Positions 19,126 to 29,928 of a DNA stretch of 64,000 bases are shown piece by piece (position 1 is the stretch's first letter; each line of letters begins with the position of its first letter). The notes under the pieces are model-generated. The model saw nothing but the letters and a program-made list of their open reading frames with translations, searched no databases and had not been told where the DNA came from. The translations under genes were made by a program, and so were the position numbers. This DNA is from a virus (taxonomy: Duplodnaviria > Heunggongvirae > Uroviricota > Caudoviricetes). The DNA lies in IMG/VR virus record IMGVR_UViG_3300026549_001031. The stretch is one strand, 5' to 3'.

Positions 19126-19758
19126 GTGAGAGATATGGAAAACAACATTCAGGAAATTGAAGAGAACAATATAAGTGATGCTGAAGCATTGTTTAATATG
19201 CTGGGTATTGACTCAATAATCAGACTAAGTAGCGAGTTATATCTTATGGGAGAGTTCTTTGACATTAACTCATTTGAAAATGACAGGCAGAGAAAAATGG
19301 AAGGCCTGAAAAGAGCAATGTTTAAGCATGGAAACACAATAGGGGATGTGAATAGTGGAGATAGGATACTTGGTTATAGAGGTAATTACTTCAGGGTAAT
19401 AGATAGTGATGGCTGTATATTATTTGATGAATACATAACAATTACTGGAGAGATTTGGAATACAGACAAACCTGAATATGTGTTTGCATTGAGAGATTAC
19501 AAAGTGGCAAATAAGTTTGATAGTTTCTTCTGTAGTGATGCTAAGATGCTTGATGGATTGATCTATTATGATGGAAAAGACACATATACAAATTGTTTGG
19601 AACTTAAGGATAAATACAAATACATGGAAAATTTGAAATTGGAGAGGGTAGTTGGAAGTAGTTACACATTAGATGTAGGAAACAACGTGTATAGTTCATA
19701 TGAACTATCATCTATAAATAATGTGTTTGGATTTAACAGAGTAGGAGATAGAACATAA
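19126..19758 (+). CDS. Hypothetical protein
   Basis: 210-aa ORF in a tight operon. Confidence 0.65.
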   Translation: MRDMENNIQEIEENNISDAEALFNMLGIDSIIRLSSELYLMGEFFDINSFENDRQRKMEGLKRAMFKHGNTIGDVNSGDRILGYRGNYFRVIDSDGCILFDEYITITGEIWNTDKPEYVFALRDYKVANKFDSFFCSDAKMLDGLIYYDGKDTYTNCLELKDKYKYMENLKLERVVGSSYTLDVGNNVYSSYELSSINNVFGFNRVGDRT

Positions 19759-20537
19759 TGAATGAAAAGATACTTAAAAACAAAAGTAAGTTGCTATTTG
19801 GTTTAGTGATTATCTGCAGTTTAATTACTTGTATAGTTGAGTTTTTAACTACTAAAAACATGAAAATGGTTTGTATAATCACAGAAACATTGGTTTATAC
19901 ATTTCAAATTTATTCATACATAACATTGTTAAATAAGCCTGTGGTTACAGTGGGGTTGCTTACATTAACTCAGGCAATGTCAGTATTAAATTCTTTAGCT
20001 TATGGAAATTCATTTAACTTAGCACTAGTTAATAATGGAACAATCTTAATAATTTCAATGATTGCATTGATTATTCAGATTTCATTAGCAAAGAAACAGA
20101 TACTTAAGGATAAGGGAGAGGATCATAGATTAAATATAAAAGATTACATAAATTTTAAGCGGGCACCCCTTAAGGTAGGGGTTGTACCTCAAGTAATCAT
20201 CTGGTCAATGTTTGTAACATTGATAGCATCAGTTGAAAATGGTACAGTAATGAATACATTAAGTACTGATGTGAAATCAAGGTTGTTTGCAGCATTATCA
20301 CTGGTTCTTCCTGTAGTACTTATTTTAATGTTGTTGACAACATCAGTAATGTCTTATGAGTTCCTGGTAGTTTATATGCTAGCTCATTTGTATGTGATTT
20401 ATACATTATTTGTAATACATCAGTTAAATGTTTCAACAGTAATGTTTGTAGTATTGCAGGATGTAACAATTGTTTATTCAGTTATAGGATATATAAAGCA
20501 TAAAAGGATGGTAAAAGGAAATGGTAAAAAGAATTAA
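19758..20537 (+). CDS. Polytopic membrane protein
   Basis: About 8 hydrophobic segments; TAATG coupling to the upstream gene. Confidence 0.7.
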   Translation: MNEKILKNKSKLLFGLVIICSLITCIVEFLTTKNMKMVCIITETLVYTFQIYSYITLLNKPVVTVGLLTLTQAMSVLNSLAYGNSFNLALVNNGTILIISMIALIIQISLAKKQILKDKGEDHRLNIKDYINFKRAPLKVGVVPQVIIWSMFVTLIASVENGTVMNTLSTDVKSRLFAALSLVLPVVLILMLLTTSVMSYEFLVVYMLAHLYVIYTLFVIHQLNVSTVMFVVLQDVTIVYSVIGYIKHKRMVKGNGKKN

Positions 20538-21588
20538 AGAGGCATTGATAATTTTGATAGTACTTCTGGGAATCATTTATAAGGTAAGTACAATACCTGA
20601 AATAATGATTTATAACAGTAGTAAAACAGGAGAGTACATTGGAAATGTTTTGAATGTATCAAATGATTCAGAAAATAACTTACAATGTGAAATGAAAAGC
20701 ATTGCAGTTAAGTCACACATTGATGATAAGTATATACAGTTCAATAATTCAAGTGTGGCATGGTTAGATAAAGTAGACAGTAAGAAAGATACATATAAAA
20801 TTGATGGAAAGACATATGAGATTTCAAAGGATTTACAGCTAGGAAGTTGTTTAATCAGTAGTGATTTTGTTTATGAGCAATATGTTAATAAAGAAAGTAC
20901 AGCTGGTAAAGAATTGATACTTGGAAGTTTAAGTAAATGCAGTGATGTAAATACTTTAGATCTTAAGAAAAAAGGAGATAGGTACTTAGGATATGATAGC
21001 TTGCTAGCAGCTAAAGGTTGTTTGAACACTTATGGAAAATTGGAGTTGTATTTAAGAGAGTCAGTTGCAGGTGGTGGGGTTAGCAATAGTAATTTGAAAG
21101 ATGCAAGTTCAGAAATAGAATCAAGCATGGTAACATGTGAAAACAGCATTGGAAGTACAGAGGAAAACACAATAGAATTAGAAGAACTTGGAAATTTGAA
21201 AATAAGCAGTGACAATGAAATTGTTTATTCAAATGAGACAGGTTTAATAGAGATAAGAGACAAGGAAACAGGAAAAGATTCATTAGTAATTGGAAGCATT
21301 AACAACTTAGTTGACATGACAACATTGGTTGAAACAGATAATAGCAATGTGTTTGTAAGCACAAGCAATAAGAAAGTAATAGTAGTTATTAGAAATAATA
21401 AGGTGTATGCTTTTAGATTTGAGGGTACACAAGGAAAAGAGTTAATTAAAACATTGGGAATTGATGTTGATGCATTGAAAGTTAAGAAAATACAGCAATT
21501 TGTTGAAGTTGAAAACACTGGAGAAGTAAATGATGGCTTGGGTGATGGTTTGAGTGAAGTTGAGGAGGGCACCAATGAAAACAAGTAG
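20521..21588 (+). CDS. Membrane-anchored extracellular protein
   Basis: N-terminal hydrophobic helix; overlapping operon arrangement. Confidence 0.7.
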   Translation: MVKRIKEALIILIVLLGIIYKVSTIPEIMIYNSSKTGEYIGNVLNVSNDSENNLQCEMKSIAVKSHIDDKYIQFNNSSVAWLDKVDSKKDTYKIDGKTYEISKDLQLGSCLISSDFVYEQYVNKESTAGKELILGSLSKCSDVNTLDLKKKGDRYLGYDSLLAAKGCLNTYGKLELYLRESVAGGGVSNSNLKDASSEIESSMVTCENSIGSTEENTIELEELGNLKISSDNEIVYSNETGLIEIRDKETGKDSLVIGSINNLVDMTTLVETDNSNVFVSTSNKKVIVVIRNNKVYAFRFEGTQGKELIKTLGIDVDALKVKKIQQFVEVENTGEVNDGLGDGLSEVEEGTNENK

Positions 21589-22495
21589 GACACAAAGAAA
21601 ATGGATAGGTGCTCTGATGGGATTCAATGAAAACAGTGTGTTTGTTAACAATGCAGAAGCATTTAATGATAGAGCAGAATTGTTTAATGTTAAATACAAT
21701 ACAGATAAACTGATAGAACAGTATAATTCGGAGATGAGCACTTTTGAGAGTGAAAAAGATTATGATAAGTACTTGGAAAATTGCATAGAGATCTTAAGAT
21801 ATGACATTGAGAGCAAGATAAGTATATGTAAAAATTTAATTTTAAGTATTAAGTTGATTAGATTTGATGCATATGATAAAAGAATTGAACAGTTAGAAAA
21901 GATAGGAATGGCAAGGATAGGAGAGACAGAGACAAGAGTTTATTTTGAGTCACCAGTATATGAGACAATTAAATACATTTGTAATGGAATGTTTACATTT
22001 CATAAGTATTTAGGAGAATATGTATTGGATGCAACAGGCAGTAAGTTTTTAAGTAATATGTTAGATATAAGACTTGAGAGGCTAGGAGTAAGACATGATA
22101 ATGTAAAATATATACAGTATAGTATGAAAGAGTTAAGCATGTATATGTATGGTTTAATACATAGAGATTTCAAGTTAAAAAGAGTTGGAAATTCTGAAAT
22201 TACATTATATAGAGGAAATCATCCTTCAATACTTTGTTCAAGTATTATATATGACATATTAGAAAAAGCAAGTATTCAAAATGTAGTTGTTGATACATAT
22301 GAAATTAAAGAGAATGCAGGTAGGAAAGTAAAGAGTAGCAAGTTAAATGATGTTTATGACCTAGTTAAAGATGGTGATACATTAGATAATATCAAGTACT
22401 TAAGAGAAATTAGAGGGGAGCAGCTAAGTAAGTATGATGGTTACTTTAATTGCTATGGAGTAGAGACATATATGGATATACAGTGTAGCGATTAG
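21575..22495 (+). CDS. Hypothetical protein
   Basis: GAGGAGG RBS before the ATG at 21575. Confidence 0.7.
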   Translation: MKTSRTQRKWIGALMGFNENSVFVNNAEAFNDRAELFNVKYNTDKLIEQYNSEMSTFESEKDYDKYLENCIEILRYDIESKISICKNLILSIKLIRFDAYDKRIEQLEKIGMARIGETETRVYFESPVYETIKYICNGMFTFHKYLGEYVLDATGSKFLSNMLDIRLERLGVRHDNVKYIQYSMKELSMYMYGLIHRDFKLKRVGNSEITLYRGNHPSILCSSIIYDILEKASIQNVVVDTYEIKENAGRKVKSSKLNDVYDLVKDGDTLDNIKYLREIRGEQLSKYDGYFNCYGVETYMDIQCSD

Positions 22496-22691
22496 CATTG
22501 TTTCAAAATATAAAAATTTTTGAAAATTATAAGCATTGGATTAAAAATGGTGCGGACATTCAGAGGACATATAATAAAAATCACCAACATTTTATAAGTG
22601 AAAAATTAAGGGTGATAAAAGAGAAGTAAAGAAAGAGGTTTTCAGAAACTTTTGAAAAGTATGTAAATACAGTGGTCATTCGGAGGTAGAC

Positions 22692-23288
22692 ATGGAAGAG
22701 GATAAAGTGTTTAAAGTAAGTAATACATCATCTTTAGTCATTCATAATGGAAAGATATACATTAAAGATACAGAGAGCAAGGTAAATGTGGTTACTATCA
22801 CTCCTGGTTTTCAAATAAGCTTTGGATATAATATAGAGATTATTATTCAAGCACTGAAATTAACAAGATTACCTATAATGGTTAAGTTAATCACTGATAT
22901 GAATGGGATTCAGCAATATCAAATAATTAGGATGCATACAGGAAATGTAGATGATAAGGTAATTGCAACTGTTGCATGCGCTGGAAATTGTATTAAAGCA
23001 GTAAGTTTTAATAAAGCATTGTTAACTGATGATGAATACAAGAGATACAATAGATTATCATTGATACATCAGGTAAGTTTACAGTATGATTTAACAAAGA
23101 CAAAATACAGTTGCAGGAAAAGTCAGGTAATCACAGTATTCTATATGGTGATTGGACTTAAGGGATATGAAGAAAGCATTGAGGTACATGAGGAAGGTAC
23201 AAGATTAGAAGTGTTTATACATAATATAAGGTATAAATTCATCAAAACTGTTGATAGGTTTGAAATGCTTAGCATTACAAAAATGTAA
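22692..23288 (+). CDS. Hypothetical protein
   Basis: GGAGG RBS; 198 aa. Confidence 0.7.
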   Translation: MEEDKVFKVSNTSSLVIHNGKIYIKDTESKVNVVTITPGFQISFGYNIEIIIQALKLTRLPIMVKLITDMNGIQQYQIIRMHTGNVDDKVIATVACAGNCIKAVSFNKALLTDDEYKRYNRLSLIHQVSLQYDLTKTKYSCRKSQVITVFYMVIGLKGYEESIEVHEEGTRLEVFIHNIRYKFIKTVDRFEMLSITKM

Positions 23289-23326
23289 GAACATTAAAAA
23301 AGAAAAGGAAAGAGAGAATAAGAGGC

Positions 23327-23794
23327 ATGAGTATTGGAATTAACATTACAGATGATGCAAGAATTGAATTAGGAGACAGCAGAGATAAATTGATTAAACT
23401 TTTAGATGGAGTTAAGTACTCTATACCTTATGATAAGGAAGATGAAAATGGAGTGAAATCAACACTAGTGCAGTTAGATGATCTTGGTATGGGAATTCAG
23501 TTAACACAGGATAAAGTTACATACATTAGGTCAGATAATAACAAGTACAGTAATGTGGATAACATTCAGGATATTAAGAAAGACCCTATAAATGATGTGA
23601 AACGCATTACAAGTTTATTAGAGGAAAAATTTACACCAGAGAGGTCTGCAATTAAAATTGAGAATCTGAATATCAGTACTATGCAACTAGCAGTGGTGAT
23701 TACATATAAGGCACAGCAGGCAAGAGCAGTAGTTCAAAGAGATGCATTTGGTGATGTATATGTTAACACATTAAGGTCAGTAAATGGTAAGTAG
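23327..23794 (+). CDS. Hypothetical protein
   Basis: GAGG RBS; 155 aa. Confidence 0.7.
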   Translation: MSIGINITDDARIELGDSRDKLIKLLDGVKYSIPYDKEDENGVKSTLVQLDDLGMGIQLTQDKVTYIRSDNNKYSNVDNIQDIKKDPINDVKRITSLLEEKFTPERSAIKIENLNISTMQLAVVITYKAQQARAVVQRDAFGDVYVNTLRSVNGK

Positions 23795-23843
23795 GGAGTA
23801 AGTTAGGACATTTGTAAAAGCAAAAGGAGCAGGTTTATAAACT

Positions 23844-25331
23844 ATGGATGCAAGCAGTAAAAAGATAGAGTTTTTCAAAAATAAAATAAGGCAAAGACTA
23901 AAAGAGTTGTGTCCATACATGTCAGACGTTAAATATAGATTATATAACTCTATGATTAACGATTGTCAGTCTCTTGATGATATAAGAGAAATGGCAGAAC
24001 TTGATATGCAGTTTAGCATGATTAAATACGTGCAGGAACTTGATGATAAGCTTAAAAAGAGTGATACAAACATTGATGAGTTAGAGGCAGTTACAAGTCA
24101 GAATAATAGAGCAGCTAAATTAGCTGTAATAGCACCTAAGAAAGAGAGAAATGCTAAGCAATATGATGATGTTGACTTAACAAATATAGTAGATGACTTA
24201 GATGATCCTGAAATACTCAATACACAAGCAGACTTGCTAATGGCAAGGATGGCTGCTGAGAAATTATCAGGATACACAGAAGACGATGAAGAGGACAATG
24301 AGGATGACGAACTCTACGATGAAATGTTTGTAGACTCAGAAGAGGATGAAGATACAGAAGATACAGAAGATAGTGACATTTCAGAGTATGAAAATTACAT
24401 AGAAGATGATGAAACTGACATAAATAGTAAAGAAGATAACACTAATAGTAGTGATGAGGACTTTATAGATTTTGGAGATAGCTCTGAAAGTGAAGATGAT
24501 ACAGAAGAAGAATTAGAAGAATCAGATGATGATTTGATTGATGACATGTTCGATGATGAGGATGACACGTTAAGTGATGAAGAGGACAGTGAGGATGAGG
24601 AAGAATCAGATGAAGATCTACTTGACGAAATGTTCGACGACTCAGAGGATGAAGATGACAGCAATGAGGAATATGGTGATACAGAAGAGACAGATGATGG
24701 GTTACTGGATGATATGTTTGACGACTCTGAAGAAGATGAAGAGGACAGTGAGGACGAAGAAGAATCAGATGACGAGTTATTAGAGGACATGTTTGCAGAT
24801 GATGAGGAAGAAGAGCAAGACACTGACGAGGAAGAGGAGTCAGATGATGATTTGATTGATGACATGTTCGACGATGAAGACGACATAGCAGATGAAGATG
24901 ACAGCAGTGAGAATGAGGAAGAGACAGATGATGAATTACTAGACGACATGTTCGATGATGAGGATGATAATTATAGTAAGGATGAGGACAGTGAAAATGA
25001 AGATAATGATGATGATTTAGATAATATAAACTTAGATGATATATTTGGCGACGAAGAGGAAGATGATAATGACTTTGACATAAATGAAGAGGATCTTGGA
25101 TATACAAGTGATAACAGTGGAGATTCATTTGACGACTTCTTCAAAGATTGTGACACTAAAACTAGTAAAAAAGCAGTAAAAAGAGAGTTAACACCTAATA
25201 AGGTTTTCATAAATGGCACTTCTAAGGGCACACAGACACAGCAAATGTTTAGCTTAATACTGAATGTAGTCAAGGGTGTGGACAAAACATCTCAAAAGAT
25301 GTATAATGGTATTAGAAGGAAGATTAAATAG
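23844..25331 (+). CDS. Highly acidic repeat protein
   Basis: Central Asp/Glu tract of about 290 aa with seven (D/E)xL(L/I/Y)(D/E)(D/E)MF repeats. Confidence 0.8.
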   Translation: MDASSKKIEFFKNKIRQRLKELCPYMSDVKYRLYNSMINDCQSLDDIREMAELDMQFSMIKYVQELDDKLKKSDTNIDELEAVTSQNNRAAKLAVIAPKKERNAKQYDDVDLTNIVDDLDDPEILNTQADLLMARMAAEKLSGYTEDDEEDNEDDELYDEMFVDSEEDEDTEDTEDSDISEYENYIEDDETDINSKEDNTNSSDEDFIDFGDSSESEDDTEEELEESDDDLIDDMFDDEDDTLSDEEDSEDEEESDEDLLDEMFDDSEDEDDSNEEYGDTEETDDGLLDDMFDDSEEDEEDSEDEEESDDELLEDMFADDEEEEQDTDEEEESDDDLIDDMFDDEDDIADEDDSSENEEETDDELLDDMFDDEDDNYSKDEDSENEDNDDDLDNINLDDIFGDEEEDDNDFDINEEDLGYTSDNSGDSFDDFFKDCDTKTSKKAVKRELTPNKVFINGTSKGTQTQQMFSLILNVVKGVDKTSQKMYNGIRRKIK

Positions 25332-25361
25332 GACTCACACTTAAATGGAGGTAGCAGTAAG

Positions 25362-25802
25362 TTGGGTGATAGGACAGATGAAAAGATAATGTACATATAT
25401 AGAGGAAAGTTAACAACATTAAGTGTGAAACTGGAGTTTTATATTGATAATGAAATACCAATATATTCTTCACAAGATACAAATGATATTTCTCTAATAG
25501 AACTTAAAAATAATGAAATGATTGTGATTGTTTCAAAGGATGCATTAGATAAATTAGGACACAAGCATATTGAATTATGTGTGTGGCATAGATTGATAAG
25601 CAGTGTTTATAAAAATGTTTATTATGCTGATATGTGTGTGGCATATTGGTATGGATTTAGCAACACAATATCAGTAATAGACAATAAAGACAGAGAGAAA
25701 AGACTTGAGGACTTGCTGGTAAGTAATAAGGAAGTAAGTGTACCTATTAAGTCTGACATTCTTAGTAAATTAAAATTCATAGAGATTGGAGAAATAGCAT
25801 GA
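25362..25802 (+). CDS. Hypothetical protein, possibly a degenerate zincin/M48-like fold
   Basis: GGAGG RBS. VWHRL...YYADMCVAYWYG...REKRL loosely parallels the HExxH...ExxAD..A...R layout. Confidence 0.55.
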   Translation: MGDRTDEKIMYIYRGKLTTLSVKLEFYIDNEIPIYSSQDTNDISLIELKNNEMIVIVSKDALDKLGHKHIELCVWHRLISSVYKNVYYADMCVAYWYGFSNTISVIDNKDREKRLEDLLVSNKEVSVPIKSDILSKLKFIEIGEIA

Positions 25803-26941
25803 GGAAATTAGTAAATGACAAAGTAATAGAAATTGCTAACATGAAATTATTTGAATTAGCAGCTGAGGGTTTAGCATTGCAAAATACAGCAGTGAGTAAT
25901 ACATCTGAGGGTATAGAGGCAAGCATAAACTCACCTTTAGTACATAAGTACATTAAGCAGTATGACATATTCTTTAAGTCAATGCCTTATCCATTATATG
26001 CTATTGAGGCAGATATTAAATACGCTACACTTGGTAGTTTCATTAAAACATTGGCAAAAGAGAAAATAGAATTATGGGTACATAATGGGTTAAACATTAA
26101 GCTTGATGCTAAAACAGGTATGACATTAAATGTGGTAAATAATACATGGAGTATTGTTTATGATACAAATGAACATGAAGACAACACTACATTGGAATTA
26201 TATACAGATGCAGTAGGCTACAAGGAATATGCATGGATATTAAAAAAGATAGTAAATAAAGAGAATACAGCTAATTTTTATGCAGAGTTCATGCCAGATT
26301 TTGTAAAGGCATGTAATAATCAGGCTGTGGTACTTAAGTGGGAACTTGAGAACATTCTCACATTTGGGTCAATACCTCAGAAAATGCAATTCAAACATGA
26401 TAAAATAATCAATCCTCAAGCAAATGAAGAGTATACACTGGATATATTTTTCAATGGTACAGTAGAGACAGATGAAAAGGTACAGACTTGGTCTTTCGTA
26501 GGTAATGGCATGGGTTCAGGTACAAGGTATAAGACAATTAAGACATACGGGTTTGATGTTTATGCTAAAGTATTAGATGATAATGATGGTCCTACAACTA
26601 AGATGGAGCCTAAGAAAATAAATGGTATGCATAATCTGTTTATGGAGTTATGTGGACTGAAAAATGCTAAGGAAATGAGTACCTTCCCTGAATTTGAGGG
26701 TATCATATTTGATACAAATTTAGTCTTTACAATTGATAGAAGATTATTTGTGGCTAAAAGTAATAGACTTGTGAAACCTGTAGATGTTGCACATGGTGTA
26801 GAGTTGTATGCAGTAGACAAAGGCAAGGTTTATTTTGTTAAGTCTAAAAAAGTAAATGAGAGGATCAGTAAAGATAGTTTGTATAGTTATAATATTACAG
26901 ATGGTACAGTTAGGCTTTGTAAGATAATCTTTAGCTATTAG
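25799..26941 (+). CDS. Hypothetical protein
   Basis: 380 aa; ATGA coupling; beta-rich C-terminus. Confidence 0.7.
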   Translation: MRKLVNDKVIEIANMKLFELAAEGLALQNTAVSNTSEGIEASINSPLVHKYIKQYDIFFKSMPYPLYAIEADIKYATLGSFIKTLAKEKIELWVHNGLNIKLDAKTGMTLNVVNNTWSIVYDTNEHEDNTTLELYTDAVGYKEYAWILKKIVNKENTANFYAEFMPDFVKACNNQAVVLKWELENILTFGSIPQKMQFKHDKIINPQANEEYTLDIFFNGTVETDEKVQTWSFVGNGMGSGTRYKTIKTYGFDVYAKVLDDNDGPTTKMEPKKINGMHNLFMELCGLKNAKEMSTFPEFEGIIFDTNLVFTIDRRLFVAKSNRLVKPVDVAHGVELYAVDKGKVYFVKSKKVNERISKDSLYSYNITDGTVRLCKIIFSY

Positions 26942-26959
26942 AGAGGAAATTGAAAAAAT

Positions 26960-27886
26960 ATGGATACTAAACAGTTATACAATATGCTTGCATCTAATAT
27001 AGATAAGCTAAAACATGAGAAATATTACAAGAAAGTCATTTATAATGGAAGTAATCTTGTAAGGTTTGATACAATCAATAGAATATTAATTATGCTGCAG
27101 AATGATAAAGCTATAGACCTTAAGACAGACTTAGAGTGGCAGGAGCTGGGTAGGATGGTTACAAGAGATGCAAAACCTGTCTACTTATTATTCCCTAAAA
27201 CAACATATAAGTACTTTGATACAAGCACTAATAAAGAGGTTGGGAAATGTGACTTAAGTCCTGATGAATTGAACAAGGCATTGGAGTATAACATTCTTAA
27301 TAAACAGGAATCAGTTGATGAATTATATATAGTCAGTACTTATGATGTTAGAGACACTAGAAATTTAGAAGATAGCAATGAGTTTATTGTCAATAAGCCT
27401 TTATTAAATTCTAGTGAGATACTTAAATTATTAAGCAACGTAACAGGTGCAGATATAGTGTCCTGTGATGATGACTACTATTCATTGAGCGATAATGTGA
27501 TATACATTAAAAAGAAAGGATATACAGAATTAGCAGGTTTGGTTGCACAGTATATCACAGAATATATACTTAGTATTTCTGATCTGGGAGAGTATCAAGT
27601 TTATAAGGACATAATAAGTAGGAGTGTGGAGTATTCAATAAGTTCATTTCTACTTGGGGATAATGATAGTATAGACATAGCAGGCTTGAACGAGCTTGCT
27701 ATTGATGATATATTGAACATTTTATGCTATGTTGATACAGTAGTTCCTGGTGTAGTATCACAAATGAAATGTAGCAATAACAGTATAAATGAGGCTACTT
27801 GCAATATAGCTAAAGTAAGGAAGGCAGAATTATTATTAACTTTAATGGAATCAAATTATGCTAGCATGGAGTTGCTAGGGAAGTAA
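26960..27886 (+). CDS. ArdC-N-like ssDNA-binding domain protein
   Basis: NRILIMLQ...WQELGRMV...YLLFP...YDVRDT follows the ArdC N-domain pattern (N..L..Q, W..LGR.V, P, FD..QT). No HExxH. Confidence 0.6.
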   Translation: MDTKQLYNMLASNIDKLKHEKYYKKVIYNGSNLVRFDTINRILIMLQNDKAIDLKTDLEWQELGRMVTRDAKPVYLLFPKTTYKYFDTSTNKEVGKCDLSPDELNKALEYNILNKQESVDELYIVSTYDVRDTRNLEDSNEFIVNKPLLNSSEILKLLSNVTGADIVSCDDDYYSLSDNVIYIKKKGYTELAGLVAQYITEYILSISDLGEYQVYKDIISRSVEYSISSFLLGDNDSIDIAGLNELAIDDILNILCYVDTVVPGVVSQMKCSNNSINEATCNIAKVRKAELLLTLMESNYASMELLGK

Positions 27887-27954
27887 TTTGTAATAAAGCA
27901 CTATAAATAATAGAAATATAAAATATAAAAAATAAAAAGATAGGAGAGCATAAT

Positions 27955-28836
27955 ATGGGTAATGATGGCTTTGAAGATAGCGGTTTTGACAGTTTGTTTG
28001 ATGATGGGGGCTTTGACAGTGCAGGCTTTGGAGATGATGGTGGATTCGATAGCTCAGATGAGTCAAGCACATCAAGTGGCTTTGACAGCTTTGATTCAGG
28101 GGATGGTGATTCAAAGGGGTTTAGTGGTGCAAAAGCACAAAATAATGGGGGTGCTTCTATTTCAGAGGATGATCTTGGAAATGCCTTTGATAATTCATTA
28201 AAGGATAATACTGATACACCTGAAAGTGGAAATGAGCATGGTGGATTAAAGAAACAGGCTATAATTATGGTAGTAGTGGGGGTTGTGGCACTGCTTTTGG
28301 TAATAGCAATAGCATCAGCAGTTGGAAGACACAGCAGTAACAATACTGTTAATCCTAATAATGATGGTGTGAACAATAATGTTGTTGCACAGACACCTGA
28401 TAATTCAGCTAATACACGAGTAGACATCAGCGACAATAGTGATTATTCAAGCAGCAACAATACTAACAATAATAGCACTAATAACAATGATGCTAGCACA
28501 TCTAATGATGAGAATAGCGTTAAGTATGTGCAGGACGAGAATATGTTTAATTGGGTGGAGATCACTAATAATGAGAATGTTCAAATTGAAGATAATTACT
28601 CAGACATGACATTTACAGTGACTGGACTTAAATTCTATGCTAGGTCAGTCGATACTAATAATAATCTAGTTATTAAATGTGTAGTGTCAGGTAGTGTTTC
28701 AGGTTTGTCCGGTACTTATACTTTGGATGTGCCTTATAATAAGGGTGTTAGACTAGTTGTAGGTAACAGTTTTACAGTTCATGTTCAATTGGGAACTTAC
28801 AATGGTAAAACTGTTGTGTGCGATATGAAATATTAA
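27955..28836 (+). CDS. Single-pass membrane protein: GFD-repeat N-terminus, Asn-rich linker, beta-rich C-domain
   Basis: DGF/GFD repeats in the first ~55 aa; TM helix at about residues 103-123. Confidence 0.75.
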   Translation: MGNDGFEDSGFDSLFDDGGFDSAGFGDDGGFDSSDESSTSSGFDSFDSGDGDSKGFSGAKAQNNGGASISEDDLGNAFDNSLKDNTDTPESGNEHGGLKKQAIIMVVVGVVALLLVIAIASAVGRHSSNNTVNPNNDGVNNNVVAQTPDNSANTRVDISDNSDYSSSNNTNNNSTNNNDASTSNDENSVKYVQDENMFNWVEITNNENVQIEDNYSDMTFTVTGLKFYARSVDTNNNLVIKCVVSGSVSGLSGTYTLDVPYNKGVRLVVGNSFTVHVQLGTYNGKTVVCDMKY

Positions 28837-28859
28837 GTGGAAAATTTTAGAAAAAGTGG

Positions 28860-28888
28860 TTGACAGATTGGAAGTCGTGCGGTATTAT
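28860..28888 (+). promoter_or_regulatory. Strong sigma-A promoter P1
   Basis: A-tract, then TTGACA-17 nt-TATTAT. Confidence 0.8.
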
Positions 28889-28957
28889 TATTATAGTGAT
28901 TGAGAGAGATATAAAAAAGACTTAAAAAATTATTTTTAAGAATTTTTCAAAAAGCTG

Positions 28958-28986
28958 TTGACAAAATGAGGTCGCGGCGTTAGTAT
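28958..28986 (+). promoter_or_regulatory. Strong sigma-A promoter P2
   Basis: A/T-rich UP-like tract, then TTGACA-17 nt-TAGTAT. Confidence 0.75.
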
Positions 28987-29099
28987 TAAGATAAAGAAAA
29001 GGAAATGAGTTTTCAATCATTAAAATTTATTAGGTATGTAGTACTAAGGTACATCATATAAAATAACTATCAAATTATTATTTACGGAGGTAAAAAATC

Positions 29100-29888
29100 A
29101 TGGGAATGGAAGACATTTTCGGAGGAGCAGCATCAGCTCCAGCAGAGGCTCCAGTAGCAGAGTCTAGTGAAACATCAAAGGATCGTAAGAGACAGAAGTT
29201 AGCTCAGTGGAAAGATGCAATGAAGCTTACTATTGCTCAGGATGAGACATATCTTGCAAAGAGAGGAACACTTTCTGGCAGCCTTAAAGTTGTTAACACA
29301 CTTGGATATGGCGCAGCTGGTAACATCTTACTGGACAAAGAAGCTACTAAGAAAACTGGTAGCCGTGTAGTTAAGGGTACATCTAAGATCGTTGGATACC
29401 TGATCGAGAACTGTGGTACAGAGCCTCTCACTTATGAGACAGAGGTTTGGACAAAGGGTGAGAACGGATTATTCGAAGCTCGCAGCGTTACAAAGACTCT
29501 TGCTCCTGGACAGCAGGCAGCAATCTCAAGAAAGTGGCTCACAGCTTTAACAGCTAAGCCTGAGTTCTCATTCGTACTTGCAAATGGTAAGATCGTTTCT
29601 TCTTCTTCTAATACAGAAGGAAAAGGAATTGATGCAATCCTTGAGGCTCACTACTTTGTATTCTCAAAAGAGACAGGTCTTGAAGTTAACGACGACGCAA
29701 TCAAGAACAGCATTGACGTTGATAACGTTGTTAAGCCAGAGTACGAGGAAGTATTCGGTTACCTTAACAACCCTAAGGCTTCTAAGGCTGGCAAGAGAGG
29801 CAAAGGTGGAGCAAAGGGACCTTCAGCTCAGGAACTTGCAGCAAACTACATCAACAGACTTATCCACTCAGAGCAGTCTGTACAGTAG
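29100..29888 (+). CDS. Probably highly expressed protein of unknown function
   Basis: Tandem promoters, GGAGG RBS, own terminator, and codons enriched in TTC/AAC/ATC/TAC/GCT relative to neighbours. Confidence 0.85.
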   Translation: MGMEDIFGGAASAPAEAPVAESSETSKDRKRQKLAQWKDAMKLTIAQDETYLAKRGTLSGSLKVVNTLGYGAAGNILLDKEATKKTGSRVVKGTSKIVGYLIENCGTEPLTYETEVWTKGENGLFEARSVTKTLAPGQQAAISRKWLTALTAKPEFSFVLANGKIVSSSSNTEGKGIDAILEAHYFVFSKETGLEVNDDAIKNSIDVDNVVKPEYEEVFGYLNNPKASKAGKRGKGGAKGPSAQELAANYINRLIHSEQSVQ

Positions 29889-29928
29889 TAATTGCGGTGG
29901 CAGCTTGAAAAAAGTTAAATCGACAGAG

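Noticed and set aside
22501-22660. TTTCAAAA/TTTTGAAA inverted repeats as an oriT
   Set aside because: Short A/T-rich arms are expected by chance, and no nic-like motif or relaxase is nearby.
24098-25285. Minus-strand Ser-rich and His/Leu-rich ORFs (also at 45127-46545, 53873-54964 and 15443-15953)
   Set aside because: Shadows of low-complexity + strand genes; no RBS.
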